A DNA stretch of 62,183 nt from Bacillota bacterium (GTDB lineage Bacteria > Bacillota > Dethiobacteria > DTU022), in the NCBI GenBank assembly GCA_051748565.1, contig JBNJHN010000004.1:1-62183 (forward strand), given 5' to 3'. Position numbers and translations under genes: made by a program. The notes beneath the pieces were generated by a model, which saw only the letters and a list, made by a program, of their open reading frames with translations, was not told the origin of the DNA and did not search any database. This document shows positions 9,481 through 18,514 of the stretch, piece by piece (within the stretch, counting starts at the first letter, position 1; each line of letters begins with the position of its first letter).

Positions 9481-10410
9481 ATGAAAGTGATGATAATGCC
9501 CCAACAAAGCAGCAGTGAGATCAAAGCTGACTGGTTTGCTGATGATCTTGGGCAATACAGAGATCAATACAGTTTAAATGTACTTTCCGCCCATAAACAT
9601 GTAATTAATTTTCAGGTTGACAGGTGGCCGCATTTATTAATGGTAGCCGACCCGGAATTAGAAAGAGGCCCTGCTACGATTGGCTTGGGGAAAAAAGATT
9701 TTCTTTTGGTTAGCCGTGCCGTGTATGAAATGCATAAAGGGTTCTTCAATCAGTCACAAATAATCTTTAAGATAAACAAAGGCCAAATTATTATTAACTG
9801 GCGTGATGGAAATTTAATTTCTTTCACGCCCTTTAATATTAAACCGCTTGATTATAGCAATATCCATTCGGCAGTCAAAAAGTGCCTCAGAATCCTAAGA
9901 CAGTGCGATGTCCCGTCGGCAAGTGCAGTTCTTTTGAATATAAATGGAGGAGATAATTATTTTCGACGTATTATATATAAAAACTTTCCTCCACTGGTTT
10001 ATTCCCTGATGAACGAGGATGTGAAGTTATTAATGAAATATTGCTCAAGACTTGTAGGGTTAGGGAAGGGCTTGACACCAACAGGAGATGATTTGATCCA
10101 CGGGGCATTAATTGGTTATCATTATTTAATTACCGCGAAAAATAACACATTTAAACAAACCTTGAGCTCAAGCGTTATGGCTTGCAAAACCAATCTGTTT
10201 GGGCAGCATATGATAGAAATGGGTTGTAAGGGTTTAACTTCAGAAGCAGTCCGTGATTTTATTCTGGCCATAAACAAAGATAGCGTATTTCCGACTCTAA
10301 TGAATCGAATTTTAAATATCGGAGCCAGCACCGGCTATGATCTGGCAATAGCCATTTTATTCTTTAGCCAGGTGCTTAATAACGACATTGCTGCCGATTT
10401 CGGTTTTTAG
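9481..10410 (+). CDS. ylbF: DUF2877 protein, YlbF/AllH-like
   Basis: 309 aa. It contains the GLGKGLTPTGDDLIHGALIG signature I associate with DUF2877/YlbF. Its partners FdrA and DUF1116 lie 3.6 kb downstream. Confidence 0.65.
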   Translation: MKVMIMPQQSSSEIKADWFADDLGQYRDQYSLNVLSAHKHVINFQVDRWPHLLMVADPELERGPATIGLGKKDFLLVSRAVYEMHKGFFNQSQIIFKINKGQIIINWRDGNLISFTPFNIKPLDYSNIHSAVKKCLRILRQCDVPSASAVLLNINGGDNYFRRIIYKNFPPLVYSLMNEDVKLLMKYCSRLVGLGKGLTPTGDDLIHGALIGYHYLITAKNNTFKQTLSSSVMACKTNLFGQHMIEMGCKGLTSEAVRDFILAINKDSVFPTLMNRILNIGASTGYDLAIAILFFSQVLNNDIAADFGF

Positions 10411-10640
10411 ATAGAAAAAACGAAAAATGCGGTAGAAAATTATTTATTTTTACTAAAGGAAATTTAAAAAAAACATTGAATTAATAAAAATGAAAATAAT
10501 TACTTATAAGGCTTATCAACTCATTTAAAGCGATCTGTAAATGGCCTTAATACGAAATTTTTCTGAGGAGGGGATCTATGGAGGAGTGAAACAGCTTAAT
10601 CAGGCCTTTTGATTGAAATTTTAAAGGAGGAATTCAGATT

Positions 10641-12041
10641 ATGACTGAACCACGAAAAATGGTTTACACGCTGGATGAGGTTCCAAAGCCGTTCACCAAG
10701 GCTCTTTTTCTAGGTATTCAGCATGTTTTAACCATGTTCGGTGCTACTATCTCTGTGCCGCTGATTCTATCGCCTGCATTGGGTATGACGGCAGAGCAGA
10801 CTGCTGTTCTTGTCGCTTCGGTCATGCTTGCATCCGGTGTGGCCACTTTTTTCCAGGTTAGCTATGGGACGCGCTTGCCGATCATTCAAGGTGTTTCATT
10901 CTCATTTCTAGGGCCGTTTTTTGCAATTATAGGCTTGACCGCTGCTGCCGGAGCCGAGGTATCGATGCAGTATATTGCCGGCGCAATTATTTTGGGTGCA
11001 TTTGTGGAAATGATAATCGGTTTTACAGGATTGATTGCAAAAGTGCAGCGGTTTGTCAGCCCCGTGGTTATCGGTCCGGTTATCGCATTAATCGGATTGG
11101 CGCTTTATCAGGCCGGTGCTCCAATGGCTGGAGGTAACTGGTGGTTGGCCGGAACGGTAATCATTCTTGGATTTGTATTTTCCTTGATTTTAGGGCCTAA
11201 AAAGCCTTTCTTTGCCTTATTCCCAATTCTCCTTGCGGTAATTGTAGCATACATCTTAGCTCTGCTTATGGGTGTTGTCGATTTTGAAGCGGTCAGATCT
11301 GCAGCCTGGCTTCGCCTGCCCTGGGGATCAGGTGGCTGGATTCTGCCATGGGGCTTTCCCAGATTTGACTTCGGGTTTTTCCTGATTGTATTGGCCGGTT
11401 ATTTGGCTTCGATGATTGAATCGTACGGTGATTACCACGCAATTAATGCAGCAGCAGATGGGCCTCCCCTTAAGGACACCCAGATAAGCCGTGGCATCGG
11501 TTTTGAAGGTGTTGGCTGTTTCTTTACAGGAGTTTTTGGCGGTTTTGCCAGCACCAGTTATACTGAAAATATCGGTTTGGTTGGCCTGACAAAAGTGGCC
11601 AGTCGTTATGTAGTAAAAATTGCTGTGGTTGTTTTGATTATTCTCGGTATTGTGGGTAAAGTCGGCGGTGTTATAGCAACTATTCCACTCCCGATTGTGG
11701 GCGGTTTATATTGCCTGCTTTTTGGAATGATTGCTTCAATTGGTATCAGTAACTCGGCTAAAGCCGACCTGAGCTCGATGCGGAACCAAATGATCATGGG
11801 TTTCATTCTCTTCATGGGGTTAAGCGTACCTTATTATTTCCAAGTTTCCGAAGTATCATTCCAACCTGATTGGCTATCCAATATAGTCGTATCGATTGGT
11901 TCAACCGGTATGGCTGTTGCTGCAATCTTTGGTTTGATTTTGGATAACGTTATTCCCGGGACTAAAGAAGAACGCGGTCTGCATGTTTTTGGTGAGCAGA
12001 AAGTTGATGTTAAGCCTGCGGATTTTCCACCCGAGAATTAA
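10641..12041 (+). CDS. NCS2-family nucleobase (xanthine/uracil/urate-type) permease
   Basis: 466 aa and polytopic. The N-terminus LFLGIQHVLTMFGATISVPLIL and the ESYGDY segment are typical of NCS2 permeases. AAAGGAGG RBS. Confidence 0.9.
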   Translation: MTEPRKMVYTLDEVPKPFTKALFLGIQHVLTMFGATISVPLILSPALGMTAEQTAVLVASVMLASGVATFFQVSYGTRLPIIQGVSFSFLGPFFAIIGLTAAAGAEVSMQYIAGAIILGAFVEMIIGFTGLIAKVQRFVSPVVIGPVIALIGLALYQAGAPMAGGNWWLAGTVIILGFVFSLILGPKKPFFALFPILLAVIVAYILALLMGVVDFEAVRSAAWLRLPWGSGGWILPWGFPRFDFGFFLIVLAGYLASMIESYGDYHAINAAADGPPLKDTQISRGIGFEGVGCFFTGVFGGFASTSYTENIGLVGLTKVASRYVVKIAVVVLIILGIVGKVGGVIATIPLPIVGGLYCLLFGMIASIGISNSAKADLSSMRNQMIMGFILFMGLSVPYYFQVSEVSFQPDWLSNIVVSIGSTGMAVAAIFGLILDNVIPGTKEERGLHVFGEQKVDVKPADFPPEN

Positions 12042-12073
12042 ATTAATCCAAATAAATGATTCATCTTGCATTT

Positions 12074-12101
12074 AAAGAGGTGGATATTAATCCACCTCTT
12101 T
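12074..12101. terminator. bidirectional intrinsic terminator between permease and pucR-like gene
   Basis: An 11-bp perfect stem AAAGAGGTGGA / TCCACCTCTTT with a 6-nt loop. It is flanked by A/T runs on both sides and lies between convergent genes. Confidence 0.65.
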
Positions 12102-12144
12102 AAAATTTATGGGCCGACCTAAAAAACAATAACAGATGTCTATA

Positions 12145-13833
12145 TCATGAAACATTGTTATTTCTGAAAAGTTTAAGAATATTGATTGCTATTTCAAGGT
12201 TGAGTGAGTTTTCCGGGCTCCCGAGATCTATACCGGTTAATGACTCGATCTTTTTGATACGGTAAAGAACAGTGTTGTAGTGGATATAAAGCTTAGTAGA
12301 GGTCAGCTTTAAGTTACGATTCGTTTCGTAATAGGTTTCCAGGGTTTTGAGCAAATCACCTTTTTTGTTTTGATCATAATCAAAGACCGGTTTGAGCAGT
12401 TCTTCCACGTAAAGCTCCAGATCGCTCCGCTTTTTTTCGCTGAGTATTTTATAAAAACCAAGATTGTCAAAAAAGACCACTCGGGATTGATCCGATAACT
12501 GCGATATTTTTAAAGCTTCACGTGCTTCTTCATAGCTGCGGCTAACCTTGCGGACATCTGACTGTGCTCTTCCAACACCAATATTTATCTGCATATTGGA
12601 GGTTGCCGAATCATTTAAATATTTCAAAAGAGCTGTAACAGTATCTTTAAAATCAGATGGGTGAGTATGATCCGTGCTGGTTATTAAAACAATATTGTTA
12701 CCCTTGATTCCGGCTATGAGGTTACTTATCCCATGAGATTTAAAAAAGCGATTGACGGCTTTAAGCAGATCTTCCTTCGATCGGGACCCATTCATACCCA
12801 TGGCCCGGCCAATCTCCTTGATTTCACTTGTACTGTTGTCATTGATAATAATAACGGCCGTGGGCACAGCGAGGTTAACATTAAAAACCCTGCCCCTATT
12901 TATAACCTCCTCGATATTATCGAAATCGGAAGAAAGGAGAATCTCTAAAAAGTCATTGTAATAACTTTTTTCAATTTCATAGATTGCCTTGCGCTTGATA
13001 AATTCGAGGGCGGCGATGGTGGCGGCCCTCTCAAGAGTAAGGATATCAGGTTCGTAAATAGGATTATTTATAATAGCGACCATGTGCCCGTATTCATATT
13101 TATCAGCAATTATCGGAATGCGGATCGCCTTAATCGTAAGCGGTTTTTCATTATCTGAAGCATACTCCAAAGAGTATTTAACTTCTTTGATGTTGCCAAA
13201 GCGGAGTTTTTCTTTTTTGATTACGATACTGCCTTCTGAAAAAAACAGGTCAAATTTATATTTGTCGGGGCAGTCATCATTAACTATTACGATACCCTCC
13301 CTGTCGGCAATTGCAACAGGATTGGCAATCAGTTTACCGGTTTCCTTACAAAGTTCTTCAAGAGGGCTTCCATGAAGAGCAAGATCCATTAGTATTTTAT
13401 GGGCTTGTTCCAGTTTTTGCAGGATTTTATTTTGTTTATTGAATACGACCCCCAGAATCGGAGCGATGATTTCCGAAAAAGATAGATCAAAAGGCACCTC
13501 TAAGAGGGGGATGTTATATTTGTTAGCACTGTTGATGATTATTTCAGGTATTTCATCGAGATAACGCTTGGTTTTAATGGCCAGGGCAGCGCTATTAGCC
13601 TTGTTCATACGCGGGATCAGTGTTCCCATCAGCTCCGGGTATTCCCTGAATGAATAACCGGTTGTTAGCAGGAATTCTCCATCAATCAACCAGTCCACGA
13701 TATCAGGTACTTCGATTACATTAACAAGCTTTATTATCCGGTCAAGGCCATCTTTACCTCCTACCACTTCTAATCGATTAACGACGTCAAGCGACAGGGC
13801 TTCCCTGATTGTTATTCCATACTGCTCCTGCAT
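12145..13833 (-). CDS. PucR-family purine-catabolism transcriptional regulator
   Basis: 562 aa. It has the N-terminal PucR-type sensor region. The C-terminal HTH LKLTSTKLYIHYNTVLYRIKKIESLTGIDL matches the PucR_C pattern (IH.NT..YR..KIE). Confidence 0.85.
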   Translation of the reverse strand: MQEQYGITIREALSLDVVNRLEVVGGKDGLDRIIKLVNVIEVPDIVDWLIDGEFLLTTGYSFREYPELMGTLIPRMNKANSAALAIKTKRYLDEIPEIIINSANKYNIPLLEVPFDLSFSEIIAPILGVVFNKQNKILQKLEQAHKILMDLALHGSPLEELCKETGKLIANPVAIADREGIVIVNDDCPDKYKFDLFFSEGSIVIKKEKLRFGNIKEVKYSLEYASDNEKPLTIKAIRIPIIADKYEYGHMVAIINNPIYEPDILTLERAATIAALEFIKRKAIYEIEKSYYNDFLEILLSSDFDNIEEVINRGRVFNVNLAVPTAVIIINDNSTSEIKEIGRAMGMNGSRSKEDLLKAVNRFFKSHGISNLIAGIKGNNIVLITSTDHTHPSDFKDTVTALLKYLNDSATSNMQINIGVGRAQSDVRKVSRSYEEAREALKISQLSDQSRVVFFDNLGFYKILSEKKRSDLELYVEELLKPVFDYDQNKKGDLLKTLETYYETNRNLKLTSTKLYIHYNTVLYRIKKIESLTGIDLGSPENSLNLEIAINILKLFRNNNVS

Positions 13834-14070
13834 TTTCTCACTTCCTCATATGGGTATGGTTAAGTTCGACAATATCAAAAATAGATTAGTTTTGTCAATC
13901 TCAGTTATAGTAAATATACAATAATAAAAGCCATATTTATAAATATAATCTAAAGGAAATTCATTTTATATGTTTAATTTTTAGAAATGTACATGCAAAT
14001 ATGGTTTTATCCATTATAATAGGATTAGTTGATCGAATTTCTGTACAAGTAATACGAGGAGGTAAAAGAA

Positions 14071-15618
14071 TTGTTTCTTAAAAGCCATATCTCCAAAAAT
14101 ATTTTTCGGGATTCAGTATATTTAATGCGTTTGTCAAGTACAGTCAGAGAATTTGAGGGCGTAATCGAAGCCGAGGTTATTATCGGTACCGATCATAATA
14201 AGAAATTTCTCCGTTCCGGAGGTCTTTGGACTGAAACAATCGAAAAAGAAGCTGGAGCAAACGACTTGATTATAGCAGTTAAAGCCGAAGATGAAGAAAA
14301 AGCGGACAGAGCCATTGAAAGCGCCCTTGAAGAGTTAAACAAATCAGTAGAAAGAGATAATTTACTGGGCGATTTTGTACCAAGAACCTTTGAAACTGCC
14401 TTAAAAAACCTTTCCGGAGCCAACCTGGCTCTGCTTTCAATCCCCGGTCGCTATGTAAAACGGGAAGCAGATAAGATTCTTGATGCCGGCTTGAACCTGA
14501 TGATCTTCAGTGACAATGTTCCTCTCGAGACTGAGGTTGAACTGAAAAAAAAAGCAGAAGCAAAAGGGCTGCTGGTGATGGGTCCTGATTGCGGTACTGC
14601 AATTATTAACGGAGTGCCCCTCGCTTTTGCCAATGAAGTTAAGCCTGGAAATATCGGAATTGTTGCTGCAGCCGGCACCGGCTTACAGGAGGTTTCGACT
14701 TTAATCAACAACCTTGGTGCAGGAATCAGCCAGGGAATCGGAACAGGTGGCAGGGATGTTAAAGCTGCGGTGGGCGGAATTACCATGATGCAGGGTTTAA
14801 AAGCACTGTTTAAAGATGAAAAAACTGAAGTAATAGTCATAGTCTCAAAACCCCCGGATCATGAGGTGATAGTAAAGGTGCTGGAAATAGCATCAGCCGG
14901 TGAGAAACCTGTAGTGGTAAACTTTATCGGCGGTGATCTTCAGCCGGTTTCAGATGCAGGATGCGAGACTGCCTCGACATTGAAAGAGGCCGCCCAAAAA
15001 GCGGTTAAACTTTCTCGTAAAGAATCTTTAGAAAACATTAAACCTGCGGAGACACCGGACCAGGCCTTAATTGAAAAAGAAAAGAATCTCTTTAGTAATG
15101 GCCAAAAATACCTTCGTGCCCTTTACTCAGGTGGAACCCTTGCGTATGAAACACTGGTTTTGTTACAGGAACATGAAGATAAAATATATACCAACCTTAG
15201 TTTTAAAAACTCAAAAATAATTGAGGATGTATATAAAAGCAAAGAGCATACGATCATTGATTTTGGTGAAGATGAATTCACGCAGGGACGGCTTCATCCT
15301 ATGATTGATCCCGCCCTGCGAAACAGCCGGATAATTGAAGAAGCAAAAGATCCCGAGACTGCCGTAATTATGCTTGACCTGGTCTTGGGATATAATGCCC
15401 ATCCTGATCCTGCCGGATCAGCCTTGGAAGCGATTAAAGGTGCCAGGGAAATTTCCAAGGGAGAGGGCCGCCACATTTGCTTTGTAACAACTGTTTGCGG
15501 TACAGATGAAGATATCCAAAACCGAAGTGACCAGGTTGCCAGGCTTGAAAAAGAAGGCGTCCTGGTTTTTCCCAGTAATGCCGATGCAGCCATTTTTGTT
15601 GCAAATTTGCTGTCCTGA
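14071..15618 (+). CDS. fdrA: FdrA-like acyl-CoA-synthetase-fold protein (AllF-like)
   Basis: 515 aa with a TTG start 8 nt after AGGAGG. It is collinear with E. coli FdrA as I recall it (FRDSVYLMRLS, GLLVMGPDCGTAIINGVPLAFAN, VSKPP, GRLHPMIDP). Confidence 0.85.
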   Translation: MFLKSHISKNIFRDSVYLMRLSSTVREFEGVIEAEVIIGTDHNKKFLRSGGLWTETIEKEAGANDLIIAVKAEDEEKADRAIESALEELNKSVERDNLLGDFVPRTFETALKNLSGANLALLSIPGRYVKREADKILDAGLNLMIFSDNVPLETEVELKKKAEAKGLLVMGPDCGTAIINGVPLAFANEVKPGNIGIVAAAGTGLQEVSTLINNLGAGISQGIGTGGRDVKAAVGGITMMQGLKALFKDEKTEVIVIVSKPPDHEVIVKVLEIASAGEKPVVVNFIGGDLQPVSDAGCETASTLKEAAQKAVKLSRKESLENIKPAETPDQALIEKEKNLFSNGQKYLRALYSGGTLAYETLVLLQEHEDKIYTNLSFKNSKIIEDVYKSKEHTIIDFGEDEFTQGRLHPMIDPALRNSRIIEEAKDPETAVIMLDLVLGYNAHPDPAGSALEAIKGAREISKGEGRHICFVTTVCGTDEDIQNRSDQVARLEKEGVLVFPSNADAAIFVANLLS

Positions 15619-15658
15619 ATGCAAGGTTGGTTTGATTTTAATCAAAGGGGGGAAAGCA

Positions 15659-15820
15659 ATGGAGACCCTGTTCGATAATGAACTAAAAGTTATAAATATG
15701 GGGCTTGAAGGTTTTGCCGAGACTCTCAAGGAACGAGGAACGAGCGTTTTACACGTGCGCTGGCAGCCGCCGGCGATGGGAGACGATAATCTGCTCAGTT
15801 TGCTCGATAAATTAAAATAA
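15659..15820 (+). CDS. small protein corresponding to the C-terminal tail of long FdrA proteins
   Basis: 53 aa with its own RBS (AAAGGGGGG) 7-8 nt before the ATG. LKVINMGLEGFAETLKERGTSVLHVRWQPPAMGDDNLLSLLDKL resembles the last ~50 residues of E. coli FdrA (..VINIGLRSFA..VVHYQWSP.AGGN..LARLL..L). The track ORF 15506.. is an artefactual upstream extension. Confidence 0.55.
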   Translation: METLFDNELKVINMGLEGFAETLKERGTSVLHVRWQPPAMGDDNLLSLLDKLK

Positions 15821-15841
15821 ACCCCTGGAGGTGTAATTTTC

Positions 15842-17143
15842 ATGAGTAAGATTGATCAGGCAAATCAGGAAGCAGTAAAAAAGATGATGATGTCAAGACC
15901 GGTTTGGGTCGACATCGGCAGAGCCAGGGATGTAATTCCCGGCATGAAGGATAATTTATTTTTGCATGCCGGGCCGCCAATTACCTGGGACAGGATGAGC
16001 GGCCCTTTGAAGGGAGCAATTATCGGCGGATTAATTTACGAAGGAATGGCAAAAGACGATGCTGAAGCGGAAAAAATGGCGGCATCCGGTGAAATCGAAT
16101 TCGCACCGTGTCATCATCATAACACGGTAGGGCCAATGGCCGGAGTAACTACACCTTCCCAAATGGTATTTATTATCGAAGATAAAGAATGGGGCGGTAA
16201 TACTTATTCCAATATGAATGAAGGCTACGGCAAGGTCTTGCGTTACGGTGCTTATGATGATGAAGTAATCAATCGTTTGCGCTGGCTCGATGAAGTATAT
16301 GCTTCGGTCCTAAAGGAAGCGGTTCACCTGGCTAAGGGCATCGATATGAAATCGATTATTGCCCAGGCCCTGCATATGGGCGACGACGGACATAACCGCA
16401 ACCGGGCAACTACTTCACTTTTTATAAGAACTATCGCGCCATTTGTAGTTGAAACCGAGTGGGGCAAAAGGACTGATTATGATGCTCCACGTCTCGATCT
16501 CTCCAACGTATCAGAGTATTTCAAAGAAAAGAAAGCTACTGCGGCCGCTGAAGTGCTTGCATTTATGCACAGTAATGATCTTACTTCGCTCAATGCGATT
16601 ATGGCTGCCTGCAAGAGCATGGCATTGGCCGCTCATGGAGTTGAAAATTCGACCGTGGTAACAACCATGGCCCGGAATGGAACTGATTTTGGGATCAGGG
16701 TCAGCAGTACCGGCGATAAATGGTTTACGGCTCCGGCAAACGTTCCCGACGGCCTATACTTCTCCGGTTACAAAGCATCGGATGCAAATCCTGATATCGG
16801 TGATAGTGTTATCACGGAAACTGTTGGCATTGGCGGTTTCGCCATGGCTGCCGCTCCGGCGATCGTCAACTTTATCGGCGGATCACCGGCTGATGCCTTT
16901 GATGCTACCAATGAAATGTATGAAATTACTGTTGCAGAAAATAATAATTTCAACATACCAGCCATGGATTTTAAAGGCACTCCGACCGGAATCGATGTCC
17001 GTAAAGTGGTCGAAAAAAACATTGTACCGCGAATTAATACCGGTATAGCCCACAAGAATCCTGGAATCGGCCAGGTTGGCGCCGGGATTGTAAAACCGCC
17101 GATGGAAATGTTTATTGACGCCATCAAAGAACTGGCCGGTTAA
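15842..17143 (+). CDS. ylbE: DUF1116 protein, YlbE/AllG-like
   Basis: 433 aa. LHAGPPITWDRMSGPLKGA, FAPCHHHNTVGPMAG, NEGYGKVLRYGAY and DSVITETVGIGGFAMAAAPA are collinear with E. coli YlbE. Confidence 0.85.
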   Translation: MSKIDQANQEAVKKMMMSRPVWVDIGRARDVIPGMKDNLFLHAGPPITWDRMSGPLKGAIIGGLIYEGMAKDDAEAEKMAASGEIEFAPCHHHNTVGPMAGVTTPSQMVFIIEDKEWGGNTYSNMNEGYGKVLRYGAYDDEVINRLRWLDEVYASVLKEAVHLAKGIDMKSIIAQALHMGDDGHNRNRATTSLFIRTIAPFVVETEWGKRTDYDAPRLDLSNVSEYFKEKKATAAAEVLAFMHSNDLTSLNAIMAACKSMALAAHGVENSTVVTTMARNGTDFGIRVSSTGDKWFTAPANVPDGLYFSGYKASDANPDIGDSVITETVGIGGFAMAAAPAIVNFIGGSPADAFDATNEMYEITVAENNNFNIPAMDFKGTPTGIDVRKVVEKNIVPRINTGIAHKNPGIGQVGAGIVKPPMEMFIDAIKELAG

Positions 17144-17193
17144 TCTTATAAAAATTAGTCTGATATTTATGATGCTGGAGGTGAACCAGGAAA

Positions 17194-18024
17194 ATGTTGT
17201 CATATGATTATGTTAAATGCACTGATTTAAATCAGGCATTCGAACTGCTGGAAGCAGAAGATCGTATCTACCCTCTTGCCGGCGGAACAGACCTGATGGT
17301 TGGCATCCGTGGAGGGAAATTTGCCGCCAGGATGCTGATGGATATAAAGGGATTACCTGAATTAAAAGTACTTGCGGAAAATGAAAATGGGATCACTATC
17401 GGAGCAGCAGTTACCTTGAATGAAATTATTCTATATCCTCCTGTCAGGAAAAATGCACCTATCCTGGCCGAAGGATGCCACAGTGTTGGCAGTTATTCTA
17501 TTCGCAACAGGGCCACTATAGCCGGTAATATCTGTAACGCCTCCCCGGCAGCGGATACATCCGCACCGTTATACTGCCTGGGTGCAGTAGTTAATGTTGC
17601 CAGTTCAAACGGGGTAAGATCTGTTCCGATTAACGAATTTTTCATCGGGCCGGGAAATAATGCCCTGAAAAGAGGCGAGCTCGTCCAATCGATTTTAATA
17701 CCGAAGCCTTATCCGGATGGAAAAGGAATCTACTTCAAAGCTTCCCGGACAGGATCGGTAGACCTGGCGTCTGTTGGCGTGGCAGTACAGAGGTGGGGTG
17801 ACCAGGTTAAAATTGCCATTGGAGCGGTTGCCGCCACTCCGGTCAGAGCTGCTTCTGTTGAGAAGGCAGTCAATGCAAATGGTGAGAGGGACTGGTCGAA
17901 AGCAGCCAAATTATCGTGTGACGATATCTCACCGATTACCGATATAAGATGCTCCCGGGAATACCGCTACCACGTAGTTGAAGTTCTTGTCCGCCGGGGG
18001 CTGGAAGAGATAATGGGGGTGTGA
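17194..18024 (+). CDS. Mo-hydroxylase FAD-binding subunit (XdhB/CoxM type)
   Basis: 276 aa. It has PLAGGTDLMVG and NRATIAGNICNASPAADT (FAD_binding_5 / CO-dehydrogenase flavoprotein pattern). Confidence 0.85.
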   Translation: MLSYDYVKCTDLNQAFELLEAEDRIYPLAGGTDLMVGIRGGKFAARMLMDIKGLPELKVLAENENGITIGAAVTLNEIILYPPVRKNAPILAEGCHSVGSYSIRNRATIAGNICNASPAADTSAPLYCLGAVVNVASSNGVRSVPINEFFIGPGNNALKRGELVQSILIPKPYPDGKGIYFKASRTGSVDLASVGVAVQRWGDQVKIAIGAVAATPVRAASVEKAVNANGERDWSKAAKLSCDDISPITDIRCSREYRYHVVEVLVRRGLEEIMGV

Positions 18025-18026
18025 AA

Positions 18027-18494
18027 ATGACTGGAAAAAGAACTGTAAATTTTGTCGTAAATGGCGATAAAGAGTCCAGGGAAACAGAAACTGATCAGAC
18101 TCTATTAAAGTTTATCAGGGAAGAACTGCACCTGACCGGGACAAAAAGCGGCTGTGAGATAGGGGAATGCGGTGCCTGCACAGTATTGCTGGATGGTAAA
18201 CCGGTTAATTCCTGCTTAATTTTGGCAGTTGAACTGGACGGTAAAGATTTGGTAACCATCGAAGGTCTTTCAAAAAACGGTGAAATGGACCGCATTCAGA
18301 AGGCTTTTATAGATCATGCCGCTTTTCAGTGCGGCTACTGCACACCGGGGATGATCATGGCGGCCCGGGCCCTTCTTGATCGCAACCCCAGCCCGAACGA
18401 TGATGAAATAAACGAAGCCTTAAGCGGCAATCTTTGCCGCTGTGGCGCATACCAGGAAATAAGGGAGGCCATTAAAGCCTCTTCTATACAGTAA
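18027..18494 (+). CDS. Mo-hydroxylase [2Fe-2S] small subunit
   Basis: Plant-type cluster motif GCEIGECGACTV plus second-cluster motif QCGYCTPG...LCRCGAY. ATG 18027 lies 7 nt after GGGGG; GTG 18021 is an alternative start. Confidence 0.9.
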   Translation: MTGKRTVNFVVNGDKESRETETDQTLLKFIREELHLTGTKSGCEIGECGACTVLLDGKPVNSCLILAVELDGKDLVTIEGLSKNGEMDRIQKAFIDHAAFQCGYCTPGMIMAARALLDRNPSPNDDEINEALSGNLCRCGAYQEIREAIKASSIQ

Positions 18495-18514
18495 GCGGGA
18501 AAGGAAAAAAAGAT

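Noticed and set aside
10411-10640. An expected guanine/xanthine (purine) riboswitch in front of the NCS2 permease.
   Set aside because: Only a CTGTAAAT resemblance was found. The conserved junction and kissing-loop sequences (UAUA..GGAUAUGG..UUUCUACC..CCGUAAAU..ACUA) are missing.
12145-14070. The visibly AT-richer composition of the pucR-like gene, the DUF2877 gene and their intergenic regions, as a hint of horizontal transfer.
   Set aside because: I cannot compute GC or codon statistics here. Regulators and intergenic regions are commonly AT-rich in Firmicutes. No mobility genes or tRNA-flanked borders support an island.
15616-15661. Possible UGA read-through or selenocysteine joining FdrA to the 53-aa ORF, given the selenium context.
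   Set aside because: The two ORFs are in different frames (14071 frame 1, 15659 frame 2), and the small ORF has its own strong RBS. No SECIS-like hairpin follows the TGA.
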